From Bacillota bacterium (lineage in GTDB: Bacteria > Bacillota > Desulfitobacteriia > Desulfitobacteriales > Desulfitobacteriaceae): 58,704 nt of DNA. A program made the translations under genes and the position numbers. This document shows, piece after piece, positions 9,109 to 17,673 of the stretch. Position 1 is the stretch's first letter. Every line of letters starts with the position of its first letter. The notes under the pieces are model-generated. The model saw nothing but the letters and a program-made list of their open reading frames with translations, was not told the DNA's origin and searched no databases. The DNA lies in NCBI GenBank assembly GCA_021811425.1, contig JAJZPA010000001.1, positions 1 through 58,704 on the forward strand, given 5' to 3'.

Positions 9109-10980
9109 ATGGCGGTGAAACCTGTAAAGATTACGGATACAACTCTGCGTGATGCACACCAGAGCCTTTGGGCGACCCGTATGCGGACAGAAGATATGTT
9201 GCCTGTGCTTCAGGATCTTGATGATGCAGGTTATCACTCTCTAGAAGTCTGGGGAGGGGCAACTTTCGATGTCTGCCTGCGTTTTCTGGGGGAAGACCCC
9301 TGGGAGCGTCTGCGCCTGATCAAGGCACATGTGCACAAGACCCCGCTGCAAATGCTGTTGCGGGGGCAGTCTTTAGTCGGATATCAGCACTATGCGGATG
9401 ATGTGGTACGGGAATTTGTCAGTTTAAGTGTTCGCAATGGGATTGATATCCTACGAATTTTTGATGCCCTCAATGATGTCCGCAATATGATCGTCCCTAT
9501 GCAGGCGGCGAAAGAAGCCGGTGCGCATGTACAGGCTGCCATTTCTTTCACCATCAGCCCTGTCCATACTACCCAACATTATCTGGAAACGGCCAGAGCC
9601 CTGGTGAATTTAGGAGCAGATTCCCTGTGTATTAAAGACATGGCCGGCCTATTGACTCCATACAAAGCATTTGAACTCGTATCCCTGCTGAAGGAAGAAC
9701 TTGGGGTTATGGTTCAGCTCCACAGCCATTATATTGGCGGGATGGCGGTCGGGGCGTATTTGAAGGCTGCTGAAGCGGGAGTGGATGTGATCGATACTGC
9801 AAGTGTGCCTTTAGCCTTTGGCGCGAGCCAGCCACCCGTTGAGACGGTCGTTCGGGCTTTGCAGGACTCGGATTATGCGACAGGGCTGGATTTGCACCAT
9901 CTGTTCAAGATTGCCAAGTATTTTGAATCCCTGCGCAAAGCTCGCGGCTTCGAGCGGGGGTTAACCCGGATTAGCGACATGCGGGTATTTGAACATCAGG
10001 TTCCGGGAGGGATGATCACCAATTTAATCTCGCAATTGGAAGAGCAAAAGGCCCTTGAGCGGATTCATGAAGTTTTAGAGGAGATTCCGCGCGTGCGCAG
10101 GGAACTGGGCTATCCGCCCTTGGTGACGCCTACGAGCCAAATCGTGGGCACGCAGGCGGTATTAAATGTTCTGAGCGGGGAAAGATATAAATTAGTGCCT
10201 GGAGAGGTCAAGGCCTATTTTCGCGGCTATTATGGACGGCCACCCGCTCCGGTTGACCCAGAACTCCAAAAGAAAATCATCGGGGAAGAGCGCCCGCTGA
10301 CCGGCAGGCCCGCTGACCAATTGGCACCGGGACTGGAGAAAGCCGAGAAAGAGATTGCAGATTTGGCTCGCTCCAGGGAGGATGTTTTGAGTTATACCCT
10401 TTTTCCCCAAGTCGCCCGCAAGTTCCTCGAAGAGCGGGCGCGGGGTCGGGTTGATAAAAAAGAACGTTCCCAAGGGACGGGAGCGCTTTGGGAGGATTCT
10501 AAATTGAATTTGAAGGAAATCAAGGAACTCGTTCGTTTGCTGGACGAGACGGACATCAGTGAACTCAACTTAGAGAGCGAAGGCGTAAAGATCTCCATAA
10601 AGAAAGGTACTCCAGGTAGTTTGGCGACCGCTGCGGTTCCAGCAAGCGTGCCCTTGGCCGCACCTGCGCCGCCGACCGTTCACATTGCCCCAACGGCTGC
10701 CCCAGAGCTGGTTCAGGCTCCCATGCCAGTGGCTGTCAAAGATTATGAATATATCACATCCCCGATGGTTGGGACTTTTTATAATGCATCATCCCCGGAT
10801 TCCCAGCCTTTTGTGGAAGTGGGGCAGATGGTGAAGAAGGGACAAACAGTCTGCATTATCGAAGCGATGAAATTAATGAACGAAATTGAAGCTGAACAGG
10901 AAGGAAAAGTCGCCGAGGTGTTAGTACAAAATGGGCAGCCTGTGGAGTTTGGTCAGCCTCTTTTGGCAATTGAAAAATAA
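9109..10980 (+). CDS. carboxyltransferase (PycB / OadA-alpha 5S-type) fused to a full-length biotin carboxyl carrier protein (AccB)
   Basis: N-terminus: VKITDTTLRDAHQSLWATRMRTEDM... (HMGL-like carboxyltransferase). C-terminal ~158 aa: LNLKEIKELVRLLDETDISELNLESEGVKISIKK, an Ala/Pro linker, then SPMVGTFYNASSP...CIIEAMKLMNEIEAE (AccB-type). ATG 9109 is preceded by GAGGAGAGGGG. The ORF-track start 9076 lies at or upstream of the predicted transcription start. Confidence 0.85.
   Translation: MAVKPVKITDTTLRDAHQSLWATRMRTEDMLPVLQDLDDAGYHSLEVWGGATFDVCLRFLGEDPWERLRLIKAHVHKTPLQMLLRGQSLVGYQHYADDVVREFVSLSVRNGIDILRIFDALNDVRNMIVPMQAAKEAGAHVQAAISFTISPVHTTQHYLETARALVNLGADSLCIKDMAGLLTPYKAFELVSLLKEELGVMVQLHSHYIGGMAVGAYLKAAEAGVDVIDTASVPLAFGASQPPVETVVRALQDSDYATGLDLHHLFKIAKYFESLRKARGFERGLTRISDMRVFEHQVPGGMITNLISQLEEQKALERIHEVLEEIPRVRRELGYPPLVTPTSQIVGTQAVLNVLSGERYKLVPGEVKAYFRGYYGRPPAPVDPELQKKIIGEERPLTGRPADQLAPGLEKAEKEIADLARSREDVLSYTLFPQVARKFLEERARGRVDKKERSQGTGALWEDSKLNLKEIKELVRLLDETDISELNLESEGVKISIKKGTPGSLATAAVPASVPLAAPAPPTVHIAPTAAPELVQAPMPVAVKDYEYITSPMVGTFYNASSPDSQPFVEVGQMVKKGQTVCIIEAMKLMNEIEAEQEGKVAEVLVQNGQPVEFGQPLLAIEK
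10490..10506 (+). promoter_or_regulatory. internal RBS plus in-frame TTG at the start of the AccB module
   Basis: GGGAGGA (10490-10496), 7 nt, then TTG (10504-10506) in frame. From there to the stop is 158 codons beginning LNLKEIKELV, which is the usual AccB N-terminus. Confidence 0.45.
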
Positions 10981-10992
10981 GGAGATTCAGAT

Positions 10993-12339
10993 GTGTTTAA
11001 GAAAATCCTGATAGCCAATCGCGGTGAAATTGCCCTAAGAATCATTCGGGCCTGCCGGGAACTGGATATTGAAACAGTCGCTGTGTTTTCAGAGGCGGAT
11101 CGAGATGCTTTGCATGTAAAAGCGGCGGATGAGGCCGTCTGTATTGGCCCAGCCGCAAGCGGGAAGAGCTATCTGCACATCCCGAATATCATCAGTGCGG
11201 CAGAATTGACTGGGGTGGATGCGATCCATCCCGGATATGGATTTCTTTCTGAGAATGCCCGCTTTGCCGAGATCTGTGAATCCTGTGGGATTACCTTTAT
11301 CGGCCCTAAGGCGGATATGATCGAGAACATGGGGGATAAAGCGAAAGCACGGACCACCATGATCAAAGTCGGTGTGCCGGTTGTACCCGGTTCGCCTGGG
11401 CCGGTGGGCGATATGGAGACGGCAGCCCAGGTGGCGGCGAGTATCGGTTATCCAGTGCTGATCAAGGCCTCGGCCGGAGGCGGTGGCAAAGGCATGCGGG
11501 TCGCCCAAAATGCCAAAGAACTCTTAAAGGCGGTTCAGGCGGCTCAAACGGAAGCGCAAGCAGCTTTCGGAAACCCGGAAATCTATTTGGAAAAGTATGT
11601 AGAAGAACCTCGCCATATCGAATTTCAAATCCTTGCTGACAATTTTGGTCAGGTCGTTCACTTGGGAGAACGCGATTGTTCGCTGCAGCGGCGTAACCAG
11701 AAACTTTTGGAAGAATCCCCCTCGATCGCTCTCAGCCCTGAACTGAGAGAGAAGATGGGTCAAGTGGCTGTCGCTGCGGCGAAGGCCGTAGCTTACTCTA
11801 ATGCGGGTACTATTGAATTTTTGTTGGACAAACATAACAACTTCTATTTTATTGAAATGAACACCCGTATTCAGGTGGAACATCCGGTGACAGAATGGGT
11901 GACCGGAATCGACCTTGTCAAAGAACAAATTCGGATCGCGGCGGGGGAGCCTTTGGGTTATACCCAAGAGGAGATCCAAGTCAAGGGCTGGGCGATAGAG
12001 TGCCGGATCAATGCGGAAAATACGGAGCGGAATTTCCTTCCCTCTCCGGGAACGATCGAAATGTATCATGTTCCGGGTGGTCCGGGGGTGCGGGTGGATA
12101 GTGCGGCCTACCAAGGATATGTCATTCCTCCCTATTATGATTCCCTGCTGGGAAAGCTGATTGTTTGGGGAAGAACGCGTGATGAAGCGATTCAGCGTAT
12201 GAAACGTGCCCTGGAGGAGTTTGTGATTGAAGGGGTACACACCACAATCCCATTCCACCTACGCGTGCTCGACAATGCCTTTTTCCGGCGTGGAGAAGTG
12301 TATACGAATTTTATTCAGCGGCGGATTTTGGGTGAGTGA
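10993..12339 (+). CDS. accC: biotin carboxylase
   Basis: [37 protein letters not shown]... and an ATP-grasp domain. GTG start 8 nt after AAGGAG. Confidence 0.95.
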   Translation: MFKKILIANRGEIALRIIRACRELDIETVAVFSEADRDALHVKAADEAVCIGPAASGKSYLHIPNIISAAELTGVDAIHPGYGFLSENARFAEICESCGITFIGPKADMIENMGDKAKARTTMIKVGVPVVPGSPGPVGDMETAAQVAASIGYPVLIKASAGGGGKGMRVAQNAKELLKAVQAAQTEAQAAFGNPEIYLEKYVEEPRHIEFQILADNFGQVVHLGERDCSLQRRNQKLLEESPSIALSPELREKMGQVAVAAAKAVAYSNAGTIEFLLDKHNNFYFIEMNTRIQVEHPVTEWVTGIDLVKEQIRIAAGEPLGYTQEEIQVKGWAIECRINAENTERNFLPSPGTIEMYHVPGGPGVRVDSAAYQGYVIPPYYDSLLGKLIVWGRTRDEAIQRMKRALEEFVIEGVHTTIPFHLRVLDNAFFRRGEVYTNFIQRRILGE

Positions 12340-12356
12340 AGCGGAGAAATTGCTCT

Positions 12357-12385
12357 TTGCCAGCGGTTCGGAAATCTGGTATAAT
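12357..12385 (+). promoter_or_regulatory. sigma-A promoter with extended -10 upstream of asp23
   Basis: TTGCCA, 17-nt spacer ending in TGG, then TATAAT (TGnTATAAT). Confidence 0.65.
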
Positions 12386-12423
12386 GCTAGGTAAAGATTG
12401 GATCTCTTAGAGAGGTGGTTGAC

Positions 12424-12822
12424 ATGGAGAAACAGGAGATGGAAAGTCCCCTCGGGGCGATTCGCATTGCTGATGAGGTGGTTGAGGTCATCGCTGGGCT
12501 CGCCGCTTCAGAGGTGGAGGGCGTAGCCGGTATGAGCGGCGGGTTTGTTGGGGATCTGGCTCACATGCTCAATCGGAATAAGAATTTATCTAAGGGAGTT
12601 AAAGTAGAAGTTGGCCAACAGGAGGCCGCCGTCGACCTGTTCATTATTGTTGAATATGGTGTCAGGATTCCGGAAGTGGCTTTGCGCGTACAGGAAGCGG
12701 TTAAGGATGCGATTGAGAGCATGACGGGATTAACGGTCATCGAGACGAACATTCATGTTCAGGGCGTCAATTTCCGTTCGGCAGCGGAGGCGGTCAAGGA
12801 AGAGGAAATCCGAGTCAAGTAA
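12424..12822 (+). CDS. Asp23/Gls24 family alkaline shock protein
   Basis: IRIADEVVEVIAGLAASEVEGVAGM...VDLFIIVEYGVRIPEVALRVQEAVKDAIESMTGL is typical of Asp23 family proteins. ATG 12424 lies 8 nt after AGAGAGG. Confidence 0.9.
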   Translation: MEKQEMESPLGAIRIADEVVEVIAGLAASEVEGVAGMSGGFVGDLAHMLNRNKNLSKGVKVEVGQQEAAVDLFIIVEYGVRIPEVALRVQEAVKDAIESMTGLTVIETNIHVQGVNFRSAAEAVKEEEIRVK

Positions 12823-12835
12823 CGGCAATGTGAGT

Positions 12836-12864
12836 AAACCCCCCCTGGATTCCAGGGGGGGTTT
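12836..12864 (+). terminator. strong GC hairpin between asp23 and amaP (partial terminator or stabiliser)
   Basis: AAACCCCCCCTGG ATT CCAGGGGGGGTTT, followed by only a TTT tail, 10 nt before the next gene. Confidence 0.55.
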
Positions 12865-12873
12865 CTGAGAGAG

Positions 12874-13398
12874 GTGACAGATTTGGCGGTTATTAGCTTA
12901 GGGCTGATCATTCTAATCCTGGGGCTTGGAATTCTGATCTTAGGGACGGGCTGGAACGTGCCTCATGACTGGGTGGCGCAGATGCTTGAACTCATCCGTG
13001 CTCATTCCTGGGAAACGATGGCTGTGGGGGCGCTTTGCCTGCTTTTGGGACTGCTTTTCCTCGTACGCCCGCGAGAAAATCGGGATGTGGCCTTCGTGGT
13101 GCCTTCGCGCCTCGGAGAAGTTCGGATTACCCAGGATGCTTTGCGTGGGATCGTTGCCCGGGCGGCACTGGGAATTGAAGGCGTGCGCCAAGTGGATGCT
13201 ACGCTTTGGCAGCGTCCAGAGGGGCTGGAGATCACGGTGAGCGGGGAGCTGCTTGCAGAGGTGGTGCTTACGGAAATTTCGGAAGCCTTGCAAAGTGCGG
13301 TCAAAAGAGATGTGGAGAATTATACCGGAATCCGGGTAACTGAGGTGAAAGTGCTGGTGCGGAGTGTGGAAGGTCTGCGCCAGGCACGCATCAGATGA
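12874..13398 (+). CDS. amaP: alkaline shock response membrane anchor protein (AmaP-like)
   Basis: Two N-terminal TM helices followed by an Asp23-like region (GEVRITQDALRGIVARAALGIEGVRQV). It follows asp23. The start could be GTG 12874 or TTG 12883. Confidence 0.6.
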   Translation: MTDLAVISLGLIILILGLGILILGTGWNVPHDWVAQMLELIRAHSWETMAVGALCLLLGLLFLVRPRENRDVAFVVPSRLGEVRITQDALRGIVARAALGIEGVRQVDATLWQRPEGLEITVSGELLAEVVLTEISEALQSAVKRDVENYTGIRVTEVKVLVRSVEGLRQARIR

Positions 13399-13634
13399 AC
13401 GGTTGGCAGGAACTAATAACAAGATTCACTCGTTTTTTCATGTGGGCACTCGCAGAGCACCCTGGTAAACTCTTAGGGACGTCTTTAGGTTTGCTCTTCG
13501 GCCTGTTATTTGTGCTTATCGGCTTCTGGCGTGCCCTCATCCTTATGGCCTTCGTTGTGGTTGGATTCTTAGCGGGAAAACGTTATGATGAACACAAGGA
13601 TTTGGGGAAATGGCTGGAGCGAATTTTCCATTAA
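13395..13634 (+). CDS. small integral membrane protein (DUF2273-like)
   Basis: 79 aa with two TM segments (HPGKLLGTSLGLLFGLLFVLIGFWRALILMAFVVVGFLAGKRYD). Its start overlaps the amaP stop (ATGA). This is the usual third member of asp23 loci. Confidence 0.7.
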   Translation: MNGWQELITRFTRFFMWALAEHPGKLLGTSLGLLFGLLFVLIGFWRALILMAFVVVGFLAGKRYDEHKDLGKWLERIFH

Positions 13635-13680
13635 GGATAAGCCTGCAGGTATTGGGTATGATTGCTTTTAGGAGGGGATT

Positions 13681-14232
13681 ATGATTCGCCGGCACGCACG
13701 GGAAACGGTCTTGCAAGTATTGTTCCAGTTAGATATGAGTGGGGAAGCGGAGCCTGAACCCATCCTTGCCCGCTGGGCTGCAGAATTCTCTTTAGCTGAG
13801 GCTAGCCAAGGGTTTGCTCGGGAACTTCTGTTGGGTACCTTAGCCAATAAGGCGGAAATTGATGTTCTATTAGCTGATTTGTCCGAAGGTTGGTCTTTAG
13901 AGCGCATGGCCAATGTGGATCGCAGTATCCTCCGCCTAGCCGCTTATGAAATTCTGCAGCGCCCAGATATTCCGGGACGGGTCAGTCTCAATGAAGCGAT
14001 TGAACTGGCCAAACGGTTTAGCGGGGAAGAGTCGGCAAAGTTTATCAATGGAATTTTGGATCGGCTCTTGGCGGCTTCTCCGAAAGGTGTACCAACCGAA
14101 AAGACAGCCCCCTTAGCCGCGAAAACATCGACAAAAGGGCGTAAGGGGAACAAGAGCCAGCACGGTACGTTGGACGTCAAGCACGTGCACCAGACAGAGG
14201 ACGTTGAGACGGAAGGCCCATCCCCCAATTGA
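13681..14232 (+). CDS. nusB: transcription antitermination factor NusB (with ~45-aa C-terminal tail)
   Basis: RRHARETVLQVLFQLDM...VDRSILRLAAYEIL...P.RVSLNEAIELAKRFSGEESAKFINGILD. The tail is charged and Lys/Thr-rich. Confidence 0.92.
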   Translation: MIRRHARETVLQVLFQLDMSGEAEPEPILARWAAEFSLAEASQGFARELLLGTLANKAEIDVLLADLSEGWSLERMANVDRSILRLAAYEILQRPDIPGRVSLNEAIELAKRFSGEESAKFINGILDRLLAASPKGVPTEKTAPLAAKTSTKGRKGNKSQHGTLDVKHVHQTEDVETEGPSPN

Positions 14233-14250
14233 AGGGTTGCGAGGACAACG

Positions 14251-15195
14251 ATGTACTATCTTGGATTGGATACGAGTGCCTATACAACGTCTCTGGCCCT
14301 GATCGGGGAGGAAGGGGTTGCCTGGGAGAAAAGGCAGGTGCTTGAGGTTCCGGCCGGGGAAACCGGGTTGGCTCAGTCGACTGCTTTTTTTCAACATGTG
14401 CAGAATCTGCCTCGGTTGGTGGCGGAGGTGCCGTCCTATCTCTGGAAAGGCTTGGTTGCTGTGGGTGTGAGCACTGCCCCCCGTCCGGTTCCGGGTTCTT
14501 ATATGCCGGTTTTTACTGCCGGGTTAGCGGTGGCCCAGGCGATTGCGGCTGCACGCCAAGTTCCGCTTATGCTGACAAGCCATCAGGAAGGGCATATTGC
14601 CGCCGGATTAGTCTCCGCAGGGGGTCCTGAAGGGACTGATTTTTTGGTTGTTCATCTCTCTGGGGGCACAACGGAGTTGTTGGCAATCTCTCAGCATGAA
14701 CATGGAAGTGTGAATATCCGTCTGCTCGGTGGTACAACGGATCTCCATGCGGGGCAGTTCGTGGATCGGGTGGGGGTGCGCTTGGGCCTCGGTTTTCCCT
14801 CTGGAAAAGAACTGGAGAAACTGGCGCAAGGGGCGGCACCCGGGGCTGAATCTCTGCTGCCTTCCTCGATACGGGGACTTGAATTGAGTTTTTCGGGAGT
14901 AGAAACTGCAGCCCAACGTTTGCTTGAGCAGGGAACCCCGGCCGCGGATGTCGCGCGGGCGGTGGAAGGATGTATCGCGCGCACGGTGGCCAAACTCGTG
15001 GAACGCGGGTTGGACAGGCAGGGTTTGTCTGACGTGCTACTGGTGGGCGGGGTTTCAGCGAATCAATTCATCCGTCAAGCCTTGACCCGACGTTTAGGTC
15101 AAAAGGTACGTTTGTTCTGGGCTGAGCCGGATTGGAGCAGGGATAACGCGCTCGGGGTGGCCTATTTAACAAAAGAAGGCTCAGTGAACTTGTGA
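14251..15195 (+). CDS. Kae1/TsaD/TsaB-family (peptidase M22, ASKHA fold) protein, atypical paralogue
   Basis: LGLDTSAYTTSLALI (TsaB-like N-terminus), SHQEGHIAAG (HxxxH metal motif of TsaD), LLVGGVSANQFIR, SRDNALGVAYL. Confidence 0.6.
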   Translation: MYYLGLDTSAYTTSLALIGEEGVAWEKRQVLEVPAGETGLAQSTAFFQHVQNLPRLVAEVPSYLWKGLVAVGVSTAPRPVPGSYMPVFTAGLAVAQAIAAARQVPLMLTSHQEGHIAAGLVSAGGPEGTDFLVVHLSGGTTELLAISQHEHGSVNIRLLGGTTDLHAGQFVDRVGVRLGLGFPSGKELEKLAQGAAPGAESLLPSSIRGLELSFSGVETAAQRLLEQGTPAADVARAVEGCIARTVAKLVERGLDRQGLSDVLLVGGVSANQFIRQALTRRLGQKVRLFWAEPDWSRDNALGVAYLTKEGSVNL

Positions 15196-15286
15196 ATGTC
15201 CATTTTTTTAACTGGTTTTAGAAGGAATTTGTACAAAGTGTGACGAATGAACTAATGTTTGAGTATTTTCTGGAGGAGGAGTGTAC

Positions 15287-16129
15287 TTGTACCGTATCGT
15301 TAAGAGAAAACAATTAGCTCCAGCCATTGTCCTCTTGGAAGTAGAGGCTCCAGCGGTCGCAGCCAAAGTCGAACCGGGACAGTTTGTGATTGTCCACATG
15401 GACGAGCATTCCGAACGTATTCCTTTGACGGTCATGGATTTTGACCGGGAGCGGGGAACGATCACCATCGTGATTCAAGATGTGGGATACTCCTCTTGCA
15501 TGATAAACCTTATGCAAGAAGGGACCGCTTTTCAGGATTTTGTCGGCCCTTTGGGTACAGCTTCGGAGATTGAAAACCTGGGTACCGTCGTCTGTATCGG
15601 AGGTGGCCTAGGGATCGCCCCTGTGCATCCAATCGCGCGCGCTTTGAAAGCAGCGGGGAATCACGTCATCTCCGTGCTGGGTTCACGCAGCGCGGATCTG
15701 CTCATCCTGGAAGAGGAAATGCGGGCTGTCAGTGATGAAGTGGTTATTGCCACCAATGATGGCAGCCTCGGTGTTCAGGGATTTGTTACGGACGGTTTGG
15801 CGCATATTTTGGCTCAGGGAACAAAAGTCAATGCGATTTGGGCGATTGGCCCCATGATCATGATGAAGGCGGTTGTGGAGTATACCCGCCCACTTGGGAT
15901 TAAGACGATTGTCAGCTTGAACCCGATTATGGTGGATGGCACGGGGATGTGCGGAGCTTGCCGGGTGAGTGTAGGCAATGAGACGAAGTTCGCGTGTGTT
16001 GACGGTCCAGAGTTTGATGGGCATTTAGTGGACTTCGACCTGGCGATGCAGCGTTTGAATTATTATAAAGATGAAGAGAACCGAGCAAAGGCCCATGGAA
16101 TGTGCGGCATAGAAGGGGGGCATCATTAA
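15287..16129 (+). CDS. nfnA: NADH-dependent reduced ferredoxin:NADP+ oxidoreductase subunit A (NfnA / SudB-like)
   Basis: FAD/NAD-binding ferredoxin-reductase-like protein with a C-terminal 2Fe-2S motif GTGMCGACRV...FACVDGPEF. TTG 15287 lies 6 nt after GGAGGAGGA; the ORF-track GTG at 15281 abuts the RBS. Confidence 0.8.
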   Translation: MYRIVKRKQLAPAIVLLEVEAPAVAAKVEPGQFVIVHMDEHSERIPLTVMDFDRERGTITIVIQDVGYSSCMINLMQEGTAFQDFVGPLGTASEIENLGTVVCIGGGLGIAPVHPIARALKAAGNHVISVLGSRSADLLILEEEMRAVSDEVVIATNDGSLGVQGFVTDGLAHILAQGTKVNAIWAIGPMIMMKAVVEYTRPLGIKTIVSLNPIMVDGTGMCGACRVSVGNETKFACVDGPEFDGHLVDFDLAMQRLNYYKDEENRAKAHGMCGIEGGHH

Positions 16130-17517
16130 TGGCCTTGAAAGTACCGCGTCATGACATGCCTTGCCAGGATCCCCTGCAACGGGCACATAACTTTGATGAA
16201 GTGACATTAGGCTATGCGGAAGAAACGGCCATTGAAGAGGCACAGCGCTGCTTACAATGCAAGAATCCGACCTGTCGCGTTGGCTGCCCAGTAGAAGTGC
16301 TGATTCCGGACTTTATCAAGAAGGTGGCAGAAGGGGACTTCTTAGCTGCTGCTGCTGTGCTCAAAGTGAAGAATTCTTTACCGGCGGTCTGTGGTCGGGT
16401 TTGTCCGCAAGAAAGCCAGTGTGAAAGTCAATGTGTTCTCGGTAAGAAAGGTGAGCCGGTGGCGATTGGCCGCTTAGAGCGTTTCGTGGCAGATTATGAA
16501 ATCAAGTTTGGGGAGAGCCGGTTTGAAAAACCCGAATCTTCCGGAAAACGGGTGGCGATTATCGGTGGCGGCCCGGCAGGGCTCGCCTGTGCCGGCGATT
16601 TAGCGAAAGCCGGGCATGGCGTTACGGTCTTTGAAGCCTTGCATGTGGCTGGTGGCGTGCTCATGTATGGAATTCCTCAATTTCGTCTGCCTAAGGAAGT
16701 CGTACAGACCGAGATCAACAATCTGAAGAAGATGGGTGTTGAAATTCTAACCAATCAAGTGGTTGGAAAAGTGACGTCGGTCGATGAATTGATGGACAAC
16801 GGATATGATGCTGTATTCATCGGTACGGGAGCTGGGCTTCCATACTTTATGGGGATTCCTGGTGAAAATCTTCTCGGTGTGTATTCAGCGAATGAATTTC
16901 TCACCCGGACGAACTTGATGAAAGGGTACAAGTTTCCTGAATATGCGACCCCGGTTAAAGTTGGCAAAAAGGTCGCTGTCCTCGGGGCTGGCAATGTAGC
17001 CATGGATGCCGCCCGCACTTCGCTGCGCCTGGGTGCAGAAGATGTGTACATCGTTTATCGCCGCTCGCGGGATGAGATGCCCGCCCGTAAAGAGGAATTG
17101 GAGCATGCGGAAGAAGAAGGAATCCAGTTCCGCCTGCTGACCAATCCGGTACAGCTCAATGGGGATGAGCGCAGCTGGGTGAAAAGTATGACCTGTCTGC
17201 GCTATGAGCTGGGTGAGCCGGATGCTTCCGGCCGCCGCTCTCCTGTGGCGGTTAAGGGTTCTGAGTTTGACATGGAGGTGGATACGGTGGTCGTGGCCAT
17301 TGGGCAAGGACCGAACCCGTTGGTGACCACATCCACTCCGGGTTTGGAATTGAACAAACGCGGTAACATAGTGGCTGATCCGGAAACTTTGGCGACGTCT
17401 AAACCCGGTGTATTTGCCGGAGGAGATATTGTCACAGGGGCAGCTACGGTCATTCTTGCCATGGGAGCGGGGAAGAAAGCTGCAGCAGCTATGGATGTGT
17501 ATTTGAAGTCCAGATAA
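16129..17517 (+). CDS. nfnB: NfnB / glutamate synthase small-chain-like NADPH oxidoreductase
   Basis: Cys clusters CLQCKNPTCRVGCP and CGRVCPQESQCESQC. Dinucleotide folds VAIIGGGPAGLACAG and VAVLGAGNVAMD. The ATG overlaps the nfnA stop (TAATG at 16127-16131). Confidence 0.85.
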   Translation: MALKVPRHDMPCQDPLQRAHNFDEVTLGYAEETAIEEAQRCLQCKNPTCRVGCPVEVLIPDFIKKVAEGDFLAAAAVLKVKNSLPAVCGRVCPQESQCESQCVLGKKGEPVAIGRLERFVADYEIKFGESRFEKPESSGKRVAIIGGGPAGLACAGDLAKAGHGVTVFEALHVAGGVLMYGIPQFRLPKEVVQTEINNLKKMGVEILTNQVVGKVTSVDELMDNGYDAVFIGTGAGLPYFMGIPGENLLGVYSANEFLTRTNLMKGYKFPEYATPVKVGKKVAVLGAGNVAMDAARTSLRLGAEDVYIVYRRSRDEMPARKEELEHAEEEGIQFRLLTNPVQLNGDERSWVKSMTCLRYELGEPDASGRRSPVAVKGSEFDMEVDTVVVAIGQGPNPLVTTSTPGLELNKRGNIVADPETLATSKPGVFAGGDIVTGAATVILAMGAGKKAAAAMDVYLKSR

Positions 17518-17535
17518 GGAATGGGCACGGTTTTG

Positions 17536-17563
17536 AGGGTGGGAGCCATGCTCCCGCCCTTTT
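17536..17563 (+). terminator. rho-independent terminator after nfnB
   Basis: AGGGTGGGAGC / GCTCCCGCCCT, an 11-bp stem with one G-U pair and a 3-nt loop, then TTTT. Confidence 0.75.
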
Positions 17564-17673
17564 CGAGGGTTTGTTTTGCTCTTCTTGTATGTGGGTGTCT
17601 GGGTAGAGCCTGTCAAGGAGTGTCACAATATTAAAAAGGTTTCGGGTTTTAAGATGGGAAGGGGGCGTGTTTT

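Noticed and set aside
11524-12258. Long antisense ORFs opposite strong genes. Examples: 244 aa opposite accC; 16885..17616 opposite nfnB; 24101..24739 opposite dxs; 50524..51168 opposite spoVAF; 52797..53369 and 53370..53861 opposite the dehydratase-like genes; 2474..3058 opposite efp.
   Set aside because: Each lies fully inside a sense-strand gene with unmistakable family motifs. They have no RBS and odd, Arg/Pro/His-rich composition. They are typical shadow ORFs.
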